Shown here piece after piece: positions 35,096 through 48,000 of a DNA stretch of 64,000 nucleotides; positions within the stretch are counted from its first letter, which is position 1; the number at the start of each line of letters is the position of its first letter. Source of the DNA: Balanoglossus misakiensis (lineage: Eukaryota; Animalia; Hemichordata); contig CM082589.2 of assembly GCA_040954595.2 (NCBI GenBank), positions 12,350,894 through 12,414,893 of the forward strand. The letters run 5' to 3'. The notes below the pieces were generated by a model. The model was not told the origin of the DNA. It did not search any database and saw nothing but the letters and a program-made list of their open reading frames with translations. The position numbers were made by a program, and so were the translations under genes.

Positions 35096-37116
35096 GTAAG
35101 TCTTGAAATCCCTTTTCTTCTTGTCTCGATTTGAACATGGTTCCACAAGTTGTTTACATCACTTGTAGTTTTACATATTTTTTGAGGTCAACAGCTAGCT
35201 ATACATGGTGTCCTGAGAAGTCAACCAGTATGAGAAGTCGGTCTCGGCCAGTACGAGAAGTCGGCCTGTGGGAGAGAACCCTGGTACTTTGTGTTATATA
35301 TAACTGTTTCACTACGAAATGTTTCCTTGATGTACAGGAGCTGAGATATTTGTACAAATAGCCGATGAATTTTAAAACTGTCTGTTCACTTTTCATGTAC
35401 GTCACCGGGGTACGTCAACATCAGTCACCTGCACTTCTTGAGCTGCGCCAGTAGTCTGTTCCTTGTCATGTTTGTTTGTTTGTTTGTTTGGTGTTGTCTC
35501 AGAAAGTATGAATATACACATACATCTTCTATGTATTTTAGTAGGCTTTGAAACAACTCCCTTTAATCAGAAATGTCACAGGAATTTGGCGAACAAGCTA
35601 AGCTCCTTACGCGGATACGAGGCTGGGGAACCGGTATGGATGCCAGATGCCATTATTTGAAATGACGTCATTGTGTTGTCAAGAATTTGGGAAATCCGTC
35701 CAAATGAAAATATTTAGTGCAATTATATTTTATTAAGTGTTGTTATAAGTAATCTGGGTCATTACTGCACTATTCGGGTACAAGTTCAACATCTGGCCAA
35801 CTTCTCATACTGGCCGACTTCTCATGCGCGCGTACTGGCCGACTTCTAATCTGGCCGACTTCTCATGTATTCCTATACATTAGTGAAAATTGGGCAAACT
35901 GGTGTTTTCAGACAACTTATGAAGTCCTTGTCTCAATGGAGGTACCTGCCAACAACAGGTAAATTCTTGTACTGCCACAATTTGCATGTGCACAGAGTGT
36001 TACTAGGGAACCAGTTGTGAGACAAGTAAGTTTGAATCTGTAGCAGTTAATAATGATAATTATCATTTTTTTATTATGATTTAAACTTCACTGATGTTGT
36101 ACAAACACAAAAATAGAAAGGGATAGCAGCTTAGCTCTATTCCGTTTCGAAAGTTTTTGTTCTTTTAAACTACCTGTGCATTTTTTTTATTTATTCTGAT
36201 TATGCTAATATGCTAATTTGTCGGTTTGTCACATCACAATTTTTGTAGGAAACTCAGCCACTTACATACATTCATAATCACATGACATTGATGATCATGG
36301 AAAATTTGACCCTTTTCCTTGCAGGACTCAACCAGTGTCAACCAAATCCGTGCCAGAATGGTGGCTTCTGTCAACCGGCTCGAAATTCCTGCTTTGATCT
36401 CACCTGCATATGTACTGGTTGCTACAAAGGTGATAGGTGTGAGATATGTAAGTATACAGCGCAGTCTCTTTTACCTTTTGTCTCTGATGCATTCAAATAC
36501 TGCATGTTTCCTGAGCATAGGTGTAGCCATCTCCACAGCAGAGCTTGGAGAGTTCTTGACATCGAATGCAAGATTACACTCTTTCCAATCAAAATCACTT
36601 TCGTGGCGCATAATGTCTTGATTGTCTTGGTTCAAGAAACATTATGCGCGACTGGCCAATTTTACTGCCTTTTGTCAACACACATCCACTATGGAAATTC
36701 TCACTCCAGGCCAGATAGTGTAAATTTACATATGAGTCTACAGGTGTGCTTGAAGTCAAGTCAAGCATTTGCAAGGAACCCTCCTCCAGTACACAGGTCT
36801 TTGATTTCATGAAGGGAAGCCCTTGCCTCACAGTCACTGCCACATGATCTATGGAGGTGTGAACAACTTGATACCAGCCTAATATAAGTTGTAGGCACAA
36901 TCACTCCACACACCCTTGCCATAATTCTGCAAGGTTTTTGCCATATCTGTACTGTAGAATGAGTAGCAAGGAATAAAATGGCGTCCTTTCTTAATTTCCA
37001 GTGCAAAACCCCTGTGATCCCAACCCATGTATGAATGGTGGATTTTGCCAGCAAACATCGTGCAATTTCTATTCATGCCAGTATGTGAACTCTTACACAG
37101 GTGACATCTGTCAAAC

Positions 37117-38001
37117 CATAGACCCTAGAGAAAGAAGGACGAGCAACTGCGGCAAAGATCAAAGGGTTTGGGGATTATCTGTATGATGATGTTTTTTTGC
37201 ATATAATTAACACCCAGGACAGTTGGACAATGACTTCCTTACTTCGGCACGTGTCGACCCCACCAGTGATGCGAAAACTTGCCACCAAACTGGCACTCCT
37301 GCATTTCAGCAGCCACTGCGTTTTTTTCTAAAATTCTAAAAGTATTACGATGTCTGTGATAATTATTATGGTTTGGTGTTCGTCTGTCGGTTGAACGGTC
37401 ATTTCTAGTGCCACAAGCTTCATTTAAAAATTGTAAACAAATCATCCATATTTTTTGCATGTCCGACTGGGCACTCATATTTCTTAGTAACGCTGACACT
37501 TTTCGTAATAATTTTATGTTTGCGTGAAGCATTGAAATAAAAATTGTGGTTTAGGGGCATTTTATTTCGCAGTGCGTGAACAATAAAACAGATTTCACGA
37601 AAACAATTTGTAAACAAACTGGGTGGATTATCATGTGTGCGCTATTGCCGCCAGGCAACCCTCGGTACGGTTAGCTCACAGCCTTGTGAAATACCCGGAC
37701 GGTTAGACAAAAGATGCTTGTTTTGGACGCTGTCAGACTCAGATTCAAATTCCTGTTTAACTTGTCCAGATGTGTTCCATAAATAATCGCTGCGTTCAAC
37801 CATGTTGCAGTTTTCTCGTCTTCTGCGAGATGTTCTGAGGTGTTGTGATAACTTCACGCAAAACACGAGACTTTGCGTTAGTTTATACACAGTTTATTTG
37901 CAAATTGGATTATTGGGATTTATCTGGAAATAATGTATGCAAAAGAACATCATTTCAAGAAAAAACTGGAATTGCGCGTCCTTCTTTCTCTAGGGTCCAT
38001 G
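37117..38001. mobile_element. P-element-like MITE inside exon E1 (truncated copies at 228-756 and 19835-20363)
   Basis: TIR catagaccctagagaaagaaggacg / cgtccttctttctctagggtccatg. 7-bp TSD gtcaaac at 37110-37116 and 38002-38008. Confidence 0.8.
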
Positions 38002-40108
38002 GTCAAACAAGTGAGTATATACTTTCAAGACACCCTGCAAACAAACAAGCAATCTTCATTCCGTAGATCTTTTAAGCTTATTTATACATTGTAAATTTTG
38101 ATGTGAAACTTTATTGGTCTTGTTGCCAAACTTCTGAAGAAATGAGGATATTGTTTTGAAGGGTATTTTATCAGTAGGTAACAAATACCATGGCCCTCCA
38201 TGCAAATACCCACATGGTAAATTAAAACTGTTACAGATGTATTTGATTTCCACATATTGATTACATGTGGGATAATATTGGGTGCTGACAGTTTCAGTAA
38301 ATGAACTGCTCTTAAAAGTTGGGCGTCAGGGCACCCTTGATTTTGCCTGTTCCAAGCTAGAATGGTCTGTCCATATGAATATTTGTTCAGCAAGTTACAA
38401 GCAATCTTTTAAGTTTGGAATGAAAAAATAGTGAAATGACTTGTGATGTTAATATGCAATTGTTGGTTGATTTACATGCAACCCCCAGGACTCGATCAAT
38501 GTGAGCCAATCAGTGGATCGTGCAGTGCGTTTACCTGTCGCTGTCAAGGCTGTTTCATTGGAATCACCTGTGACCAAGGTAAATTTATCAGACGAGTAAC
38601 TGTTTTTCCCCCCTCATACCGGTATATTTGTCATAGCTGGCAGCTATGAAATTACCTGTATATTTAGGATGTGACAAACCAAATAGGCACTTTCAGGAAT
38701 TGAGTCTTTTTTGCAATTACCACAGTCCTAAACTCCCAAAAGTATAATAAGTAATTCTTATTGTTCAGTTATACATTAAGGAGGCTTAGTTATAGGAGAA
38801 CCCGATAGAACCACAGCTGTAGGAATTAAGGAAATGGTCATACCCTAAAAACTTATGTCACTACTATTTATTTTTTTTCATTCCATTGAAACAGAACAAA
38901 CTCCATGTAGGCCAAGTCCATGCCTGAACAATGGGCAGTGTACTCGGCTGTCGTGTACAACTTATGAGTGTACTTGTCCAGGATGTTTCACCGGCACACA
39001 CTGCAGCCAGTGTAAAACTCATTAAAACAAACGTTTTGTCATGCAGGAACTAACATTTACAATCATGTCTCAATACATTGTCTGTTAGTCATACTTTATA
39101 TTTTCATCTTCAGCATCACACCTTTGGCCTTGGGAATCGTTCACCTCAAAAATGATGTACAACTGAAAGAAAACATGTTTATTTGAAGAAAAAAATGTTG
39201 ATCGTTCATGGAAATTTTCCCTACACAAGATACATATACAGAGATTTTCATAGCCCCACAAGTGCGTCCCAGAATGAGCAAGTTGTTTTTGGAAGTGAAG
39301 TTCCGTTCAGTATTTACAGTAATGGTAATGATGATGTTTTTATCAAACAGATTTTGAAAGTAAATATTGCTGAGATAACATTAGGTTGCACTTTTTATTG
39401 CAGTCCAAGATCCATGCCAGCGAAACAGCTGTCTCAACGGGGCTGTATGTAATGCAGTGGCCAACTCCTGCACGGCATATACCTGTGCCTGTACTGGTTG
39501 CTATGAGGGTAACCGTTGTGAAATATGTAAGTTTCTGACGTACCGTAAATGACAATCTTTTGGGCACTTTCTCTTCATGGCAATTGAATTGTGTGGTAAC
39601 TTCTCATTTCTAAAATTTCCCCAAGAGAAAAGAAAGGAAAAGGAAACAGAAATTTCATTTGTATGTCCGTGCAATTTAGGATAGGCACGAACTTGTGAGG
39701 AAGTGTACGAAGCTGGATGTTTTCACCACTCAAATATACAAGAGTTGCCTCTTGAAGACTAGTGTCTGTAGAGATAATTGTGCATGTGAGGTAATTTCTC
39801 CTAAGGTGGTGCACACATCTTTTTATTAAGTAAAAGGGACGTCCTTAATTATCCTTACTATTTGGCTTGAAAAATCAATCTTACTAGGTGTTCTGATTAG
39901 AGAGGTGTCCATAAAGAGAGGTTTTACTGTATTACCCAAAAATAGAGACATTGTCCCTTCATCATATACTTAATGCGTGTTCTGGGTATGGTTCCAGTAT
40001 AATGCTTGTGTCAAAGGATTTTGTTGTGGTGCAGGAATCATCTTTAGTTGAGGTGTAGCCATCTGCATTTCATGTTTTTTAAACCATTTTTTTTCTGATA
40101 GTCATTAA

Positions 40109-40700
40109 AGCCACAGTATTTCTCGTAGGGGCAAAATTTTGTTTGAAACGGCATCTATAATTTATAAAAGTAGATGATAATTGATACTGAATCGAACAGT
40201 CATCATCCCCAGCTCTGCTCATAAACTCATACAATTTACAATATAACGGGTGAAGAATGACTTTCTGTCCGGACAGAAAGTCAGGCTGTGTTGACACACT
40301 TGACTAGTGCGCATGCGCACTCAAATGTGAATCTATGCGGAAGAGGTTTGGTCGCCCCAAATCAAGCGACTCAGCGAAGAAATGCGCACTAATTCGGCGA
40401 AATTTTGGGAAGATAACTTTATGGGAGAAATCAGTCGATGGAACCAGATCAAATCCGAAAAAGGTCTGACCATCAAATGTCAAAGTGGCACGTTTGCTGA
40501 TCGACATGTACAACATTTCCGTTGTAAACAAACCCGCGCATCATTTCAAGTGTTACGGGCAATATTTACAGCTTGCACGTAGCTACAGTTGCCCAAACCT
40601 TTCTTCTATCTTCATTATGTAGTATTCCATGATGAATGTACAGGAAAAACGGGCATTTTTCGATGATGAAAAATGGATAAACACGAGAAATACTGGGGCT
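40109..40700. mobile_element. TTAA-targeting (Kolobok-like) MITE inside exon E5 (U3 only)
   Basis: TTAA|agccacagtatttctcgt…acgagaaatactggggct|TTAA. Empty site cattaacccatg at ~22291. Confidence 0.85.
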
Positions 40701-41849
40701 TTAACCCATGTGATCAGAATCTGTGTCAAAATGGAGGCTATTGTTCCCAAACACCAAATTCTTATACTGACTACACCAGTTACTGCCAGTAGTGTTGGAC
40801 GGGGGCCATCTGTGCCGTAGGTGTGTCGAATTCAACTGTTTTATGACACAGCGTGGTATATAAACCCTCATTTTTGGTATTCTCAATGTGATAGATGGAC
40901 CCGTACACCAATAAATGGGGTGGAAGCATTACAAAGTTTCATCCTTTCAAAATTTGCTGATGTAGGGTCAAAATTGAGTGTGAGGTGCACGTTAAAAAGG
41001 AAAGCCTTCTGTATCATGTTGATGGCACATTTTTTAATTTTTCAAGATTCTTACAGAAAAATCCTAGCATCATTATGTTATTTTAAATGTACAGGTTTGA
41101 AACAAGGAATGAAGACATTGCTCACTTATATAATTTAAACAAAATGAACATCACAAGTACATGTACAAGTTTTTGACAAGCAGGTCATTGATACTTTCAT
41201 TTTTGTTTTGGCAGCCATTGATCAGTTATACTCTATGCCTTGTCAAAATGTGGTGGCACATGCGTTGCGTGAGTCGGCTGTTTCCAGTTTGACTGTATGT
41301 GTGCCGAATGCTTCACTGGTGCCACATGTACAATGCGTAAGTACAAACCAATATTATTTTATTCAATGCAAAACACTTGTTATGTATTATATAATATAAA
41401 TATGGTACACATATTAAAGCCCTGGTAACTCAAACTTTGGGCTAGCTTAATGTTATCACTATTTTCGTTTTCGGTTGCAACTGTGGTTTCTTGTCGCACT
41501 CTAAAGGATTTCACAGCATTTGGTTTTTCAAAACAGCCCTTTGGTTGTTGTCAGGTATACATGTACACGACTGCTGAGTGTAGTTTGTAGATTCTGTAAT
41601 TTTGACAATACCTTGACTGCACTGTTCTAGTGATTTTCTGTAGATTTTAATTCCTGCTTTTTCAAAATAATGTTCAGAAGTTCTCAGCTTTCTCAACAAC
41701 CCATACAGGAAACCGGCAATGGTGTGGATTTTCACATCCCATTTATTTTGATGGGCCTTTATCAGTGAATTTGTGTGTCTGTGTGTTTCAGTGCTTTGAG
41801 CCTATAGTGATGTTTTCCTGCTCAATATTCTTTCTTTTTGTCTATACAG

Positions 41850-41980
41850 GAATCAACCAGACAACCAGTGTGTACCCTCTCCTTGCCTAAACAGTGGAAT
41901 TTGCTCGCAAGTACCGGGTTCCTGTACACAGTTTACATGTTATTGTTTCAACTGCTCTACTGGTGACACATGCACTGACC
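41850..41980 (+). pseudogene. Unique EGF-like exon E15 with an 8-bp frameshifting duplication
   Basis: tacag|GA…GACC|gtaagc, 131 nt. Removing acaaccag (41861-41868) restores INQCVPSPCLNSGICSQVPGSCTQFTCYCFNCSTGDTCTD. Confidence 0.8.
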
Positions 41981-42022
41981 GTAAGCCTATAACCCCAATT
42001 TCTATGGTTTTCTGTAACATTT

Positions 42023-45000
42023 TAACATTTATTATTAGAGAGTGATGCAGAGAGAGAATGGGATGGAGAGAGGGGGAGGAGAAGAGAGAGTTCAAGGGTC
42101 AAGGGTTAGAGTTCAAGGGTCTAAGGTCAAGGGTTGGAGATCAAGGGTCAAGGGTTAGAGTTCAAGGGTCTAAGGTCAAGGGTTGGAGATCAAGAGTCAA
42201 GGGTAAGAGTTCAAGGGTCAAGGGTTAGCGTTCAAGGGTCAAAGTTCAAGGGTCAAAGTTCAAGGGTTAAGTTAAAGAGTTGGAGATCGAGGTCAAAGGG
42301 TCAAGGGTAAGAGCTCAAGGGTCAAGGGTTGGAGTTCATGGGTCAAAGGTTCAATGGTTAGAGTCCAAGGTTCAAGGGGTCAAGGGTTAGAGTTAAAGAG
42401 TTGGAGATCGAGGGTCAAGGGTAAGAGCTCAAGGGTCAAGGGTTAGAGTTCATGGGTCAAACATTCAATGGTTAGAGTCCAAGGTTCAAGGGGTCAAAGA
42501 TCAAAGGTTAGAGTTCAATGGTCAAAGGTCAAGGGTTAGAGTTCAAGAGTTGGAGATCGAGGGTCAAGGGGGTCAAGGGTATGAGCACAAGGATCAAGGG
42601 TTAGAGTTCAATGGTCAAGGGGTCAAGGGTCAAGGATTTGAGTTCAACGGTCAAGGGTTAAAGTTCACGAGCCAATGATTTGAGTTCAAGGGTCAAAGGT
42701 CAAGGGTATGAGTTCAAGAGTTGGAGATCGAGGGTCAAGGGGGTCAAGGGTCAAGGGTATGAGCACAAGGATCAAGGGTTAGAGTTCAATGGTCGAGGGG
42801 TCAAGGGTCAAGGATTTGAGTTCAACGTTCAAGGGTTAGAGTTCACGAGCCAAGGATTTGAGTTCAAGGGTCAAAGGTCAAGGGTTAGAGTTCAAGGGGT
42901 CAAGGTCAAGGATTATAGTTGATGGGTCAACAGTTGGCGTTCAAGGGTTAGAGTTTAATGGTCAAGGGTTCTAGGGTCAAGGGTTTAAAGGTCAAGCATT
43001 AAGGGTCAGTTGTCAAGTTTAGGGTTTAAGGGTCAAGAGTTTAGTTTCAAGGGTCAAGGGTTGGAGTTCATGGGTCAGAGGTTCAATGGTTAGAGTCCAA
43101 GGTTCAAGGGGTCAAGGATCAAGGGTTAGAGTTCAATGGTCAAGGGGTCAAGGATTTGAGTTCAACAGTCATAGGGTTAGAGTTCACGAGCCAATGATTT
43201 GGGTTCAAGGGTCAAAGGTCAAGGGTACGAGTTCAAGAGTTGGAGATCGAGGGTCAAGGGTCAAGGGTATGAGCACAAGGATCAAGGGTTAGAGTTCAAT
43301 GGTCGAGGGGTCAAGGATTTGAGTTCAAGGGTCAAAGGTCAAGGGTTAGAGTTCAAGGGGTCAAGGGGCAAAGGTCAAGGATTATAGTTGATGGGTCAAC
43401 AGTTGGCGTTCAAGGGTTAGAGTTTAATGGTCAAGGGTTCTAGGGTCAAGGGTTTAAAGGTCAAGCATTAAGGGTCAGTTGTCAAGTTTAGGGTTTAAGG
43501 GTCAAGAGTTTAGCTTCAAGGGTCAAGGGTTAGATTTCAAGGGTCAAAGGTCGAGGGTTAGAGATCAAATGTCAAGGGTAAGAGTTCAAGGGTCAAATGT
43601 TAGTGTTCAAGGGTTAGAGTTCAAGGGTCAAAGGTCAAGGGTTAGAGATCAAGAGTCAAGGGTAAGAGTTCAAGGGTCAAATGTTAGAGTTCAAGGGTCA
43701 AGGGTTAGAGTTCAATGGTCAAAGGTCAAGGGTTAGAGTTGAAGAGTTGGAGATCGAGGGTCAAGGGGTCAAGGGTAAGAGCTCAAGGTTCAAGGGTTGG
43801 AGTTCATGGGTCAGAGGTTCAATGGTTTGAGTCCAAGGTTTAAGGGGTCAAGGATTAGAGTTCAAGGGTCAAAGGTCAAGGGTTTGAGTTCAAGAGTTGG
43901 AGATCGAGGGTCAAGGGGGTCAAGGGTTAGAGTCCAAGGTTCAAGGGGTCAAGGATCAAGGGTTAGAGTTCAATGGTCAAGGGGTCCTGGGTCAAGAATT
44001 TGAGTTCAAGGGTCAAAGGTCAAGAGTTAGAGTTCATGAGCCAAGGATTTGAGTTCAAGGGTTAGAGTTCACGAGTTGGAGATCAAGGGTCAAAGGTCAA
44101 GGATTATAGTTGATGGGTCAACAGTTGACGTTCAAGGGTTAGAGTTTTAGGGTCAACGGTTAAAGGGTCAAGCATTAAGGGTCAGTTGTCAAGTTTAGGG
44201 TTTAAGGGTCAAGAGTTTTTTTAAGGGTCAAAGGTCAAAGGTCAAAGTTAGAGATCAAATGTCAAGGGTAAGAGTTCAAGGGTCAAGGGTAAGAGTTAAG
44301 GGTCAAGGGTAAGAGCTCATGGGTCAAGGGTTGGAGTTGAAGAGTTGGAGATCGAGGGTCAAGGGGTCAAGGGTAAGAGCTCAAGGGTCAAGGGTTGGAG
44401 TTCATGGGTCAGAGGTTCAATGGTTTGAGTCCAAGGTTTAAGGGGTCAAGGATTAGAGTTCAAGGGTCAAAGGTCAAGGGTTTGAGTTCAAGAGTTGGAG
44501 ATCGAGGGTCAAGGGGGTCAAGGGTTAGAGTCCAAGGTTCAAGGGGTCAAGGATCAAGGGTTAGAGTTCAATGGTCAAGGGGTCCTGGGTCAAGAATTTG
44601 AGTTCAAGGGTCAAAGGTCAAGAGTTAGAGTTCATGAGCCAAGGATTTGAGTTCAAGGGTTAGAGTTCACGAGTTGGAGATCAAGGGTCAAAGGTCAAGG
44701 ATAATAGTTGATGGGTCAACAGTTGACGTTCAAGGGTTAGAGTTTTAGGGTCAACGGTTAAAGGGTCAAGCATTAAGGGTCAGTTGTCAAGTTTAGGGTT
44801 TAAGGGTCAAGAGTTTTTTTCAAGGGTCAAAGGTCAAAGGTCAAAAGTTAGAGATCAAATGTCAAGGGTAAGAGTTCAAGGGTCAAGGGTAAGAGTTAAG
44901 GGTCAAGGGTAAGAGCTCATGGGTCAAGGGTTGGAGTTGAAGAGTTGGAGATCGAGGGTCAAGGGGTCAAGGGTAAGAGCTCAAGGGTCAAGGGTTGGAG

Positions 45001-48000
45001 TTCATGGGTCAGAGGTTCAATGGTTTGAGTCCAAGGTTTAAGGGGTCAAGGATTAGAGTTCAAGGGTCAAAGGTCAAGGGTTTGAGTTCAAGAGTTGGAG
45101 ATCGAGGGTCAAGGTGGTCAAGGGTTAGAGTCCAAGGTTCAAGGGGTCAAGGATCAAGGGTTAGAGTTCAATGGTCAAGGGGTCCTGGGTCAAGAATTTG
45201 AGTTCAAGGGTCAAAGGTCAAGAGTTAGAGTTCATGAGCCAAGGATTTGAGTTCAAGGGTTAGAGTTCACGAGTTGGAGATCAAGGGTCAAAGGTCAAGG
45301 ATTATAGTTGATGGGTCAACAGTTGACGTTCAAGGGTTAGAGTTTAAGGGTCAACGGTTAAAGGGTCAAGCATTAAGGGTCAGTTGTCAAGTTTAGGGTT
45401 TAAGGGTCAAGAGTTTTTTTCAAGGGTCAAAGGTCAAAGGTCAAAAGTTAGAGATCAAATGTCAAGGGTAAGAGTTCAAGGGTCAAGGGTAAGAGTTAAG
45501 GGTCAAGGGTAAGAGCTCATGGGTCAAGGGTTGGAGTTCATGGGTCAAAGGTTCAATGGTTAGAGTCCAAGGTTAAAGTGGTCAAGGGGTCATAGGTCAA
45601 GGGTTAGAATTTAAGTGTTGGAGATGGGTCAACAGTTGGCGTTCAAGGGTTAGAGTTTAATGGTCAAGGGTTTAAGGGTGAAGCAGGGTCAGTGGCAAGG
45701 TTCAAGGGTCAAGAGTTTTGGGTTCAAGGGTCAAAGGTCAAGGGTGAGAGATCATGACTCAAGGGTCAAATGTTAGAGTTCAAGAGTGAAGGATTAGAGT
45801 TCAAGGTTCAAAGGTCAAGGGTCAAAGATCAAGGATTATAGTTGATGGGTCAACAGTTGGCGTTCAAGGGTTAGAGTTTAATGGTCAAGGGTTCTAGGGT
45901 CAAGGGTTTAAGGGTCAAGCATTAAGGCTCAGTTGTCAAGTTTAGGGTTTAACATTTATTATTAGAGAGTGATGGAGAGAGAGAATGGGATGGAGAGTGA
46001 GGGGGAGGAGAAAAGAGAGTTCAAGGGTTAGAGTTCAAGGGTCAAAGATCAAGGGTTAGAGATCAATAGTCAAGGGTAAGAGTTTAAGGGTCAAAGGTCA
46101 AGGGTTAGAGTTAAAGAGTTGGAGATTGAGGGTCAAAGGTTCAAGGGTAAGAGCTCAAGGGTCAAGGGTTGGAGTTCATGGGTCAAAGGTTCAATGGCCA
46201 GAGTCCAAGGTTCAAGGGGTCAAGAGTTAGAGTTCAAGAGTTGGAGATCGAGGGTCAAGGGGTCAAGGGTAAGAGCTCAAGGGTCAAGGGTTAGAGTTCA
46301 TGGGTCAAAGGTTCAATGGTTAGAGTCCAATGATCAAGGGTTAGAGTTCAATGGTCAAGGGTCAAGGGTTAGAGTTCAAGAGTTTTAGATCGAGGGTCAA
46401 GGTGGTCAAGGGTCAAGGCTATGAGCACAAGGATCAAGGGTTAGAGTTCAATGGTCAAGGGGTCAAGGGTCAAGGATTTGAGTTCAACGGTCAAGGGTTA
46501 GAGTTCACCAGCCAAGGATTTGAGTTCAAGGGTCAAAGGTCAAGGGTTAGAGTTCAAGAGTTGGAGATCAAGGGGTCAAGGGTCAAAGGTCAAGGATTAC
46601 AGTTGATGGGTCAACAGTTGGCGTTCAAGGGTTAGAGTTTAATGGTCAAGGGTTCAAGGGTTAGAGATCAAAAATCCAGGGTAAAAGTTCAAGGGTCAAA
46701 TGTTAGAGTTCAAAGGTCAAGGGTTAGAGTTCAAGGGTCGAGGGTTGGAGTTCATGGGTTAGAGGTTCAATGGTTAGAGTCCAAGGTTCAAGCGGTATAG
46801 GATCAAGGATTAGAGGTCAAGGGTTAGAGTTTAAGAGTTGGAGATCGAGGGTCAAGGGTCAAAGGTCAATGATTATAGTTGATGAGTCAACAGTTGGCGT
46901 TCAAGGGTTAGAGTTTAATGGTCAAGGGTTAGGGTTAGGGTTTTGGGTTCAAGGGTTAGATTTCAATGGTCAAAGGTCAAGGGTTAGAGTTCACGAGCCA
47001 AGGGTTAGAGTTCAAGCGACAAAGGTCAGGGGTATGAGTTCAAGAGTTGGAGATCAAGGGTCAAGGGGGTCAAGGGTCAAGGGTATGAGCACAAGGATCA
47101 AGGGTTAGAGTTCAATGGTCAAAGGGTCAAGGGTCAAGGATTTGAGTTCAACGGTCAAGGGTTAGAGTTCACGAGCCAATGATTTGAGTTCAAGGGTCAA
47201 AGGTCAAGGGTATGAGTTCAAGAGTTGGAGATCGAGGGTCAAGGGGGTCAAGGGTATGAGCACAAGGATCAAGGGTTAGAGTTCAATGGTCGAGGGGTCA
47301 AGGGTCAAGGATTTGAGTTCAACGGTCAAGGGTTAGAGTTCACGAGCCAAGGTTTGAGTTCAAGGGTCAAAGGTCAAGGGTTAGAGTTCAAGGGGTCAAG
47401 GTCAAGGATTATAGTTGATGGGTCAACAGTTGGCGTTCAAAGGTTAGAGTTTAATGGTCAAGGGTTCTAGGGTCAAGGGTTTAAAGGTCAAGCATTAAGG
47501 GTCAGTTGTCAAGTTTAGGGTTTAAGGGTCAAGAGTTTAGTTTCAAGGGTCAAGGGTTGGAGTTCATGGGTCAGAGGTTCAATGGTTAGTGTCCAAGTTT
47601 CAAGGGGTCAAGGATCAAGGGTTAGAGTTCAATGGTCAAAGGTCAAGGGTTAGAGTTCAAGAGTTTGAGATCGAAGGTCAAGGGTCAAGGGTATGAGCAC
47701 AAGGATAAAGGGTTAGAGTTCAATGGTCAAGGGGTCAAGGGTCAAGGATTTGAGTTCAACGGTCAAGGGTTAGAGTTCACGAGCCAATGATTTGGATTCA
47801 AGGGTCAAAGGTCAAGGGTACGAGTTCAAGAGTTGGAGATTGAGGGTCAAGGGGGTCAAGGGTCAAGGGTATGAGCACAAGGATCAAGGATTTGAGTTCA
47901 ATGGTCGAGGGGTCAATGGTCAAGGATTTGAGTTCAAGGGTCAAAGGTCAAGGGTTAGAGTTTAAGGGGTCAAGGCGCAAAGGTCAAGGATTATAGTTGA

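Larger units (their letters stand above)
35923..41336 (+). pseudogene. U3 EGF exons E13 (truncated), E14 and E1-E6
   Basis: 35923-36025; 36325-36447; 37002-38010 (MITE-split); 38489-38578 (33-bp deletion); 38895-39011; 39404-39526; 40102-40820 (MITE-split, TAG); 41215-41336 (frameshift). Confidence 0.85.
23216..41622 (+). repeat. Segmental duplication unit U3 (~18.4 kb, last unit)
   Basis: Colinear with U2. After 41622 the sequence continues into non-duplicated DNA carrying a unique EGF exon. Confidence 0.9.

Noticed and set aside
46925-46945. A functional telomere
   Set aside because: Only about two perfect TTAGGG units are present, embedded in an internal satellite followed by more than 12 kb of other DNA.
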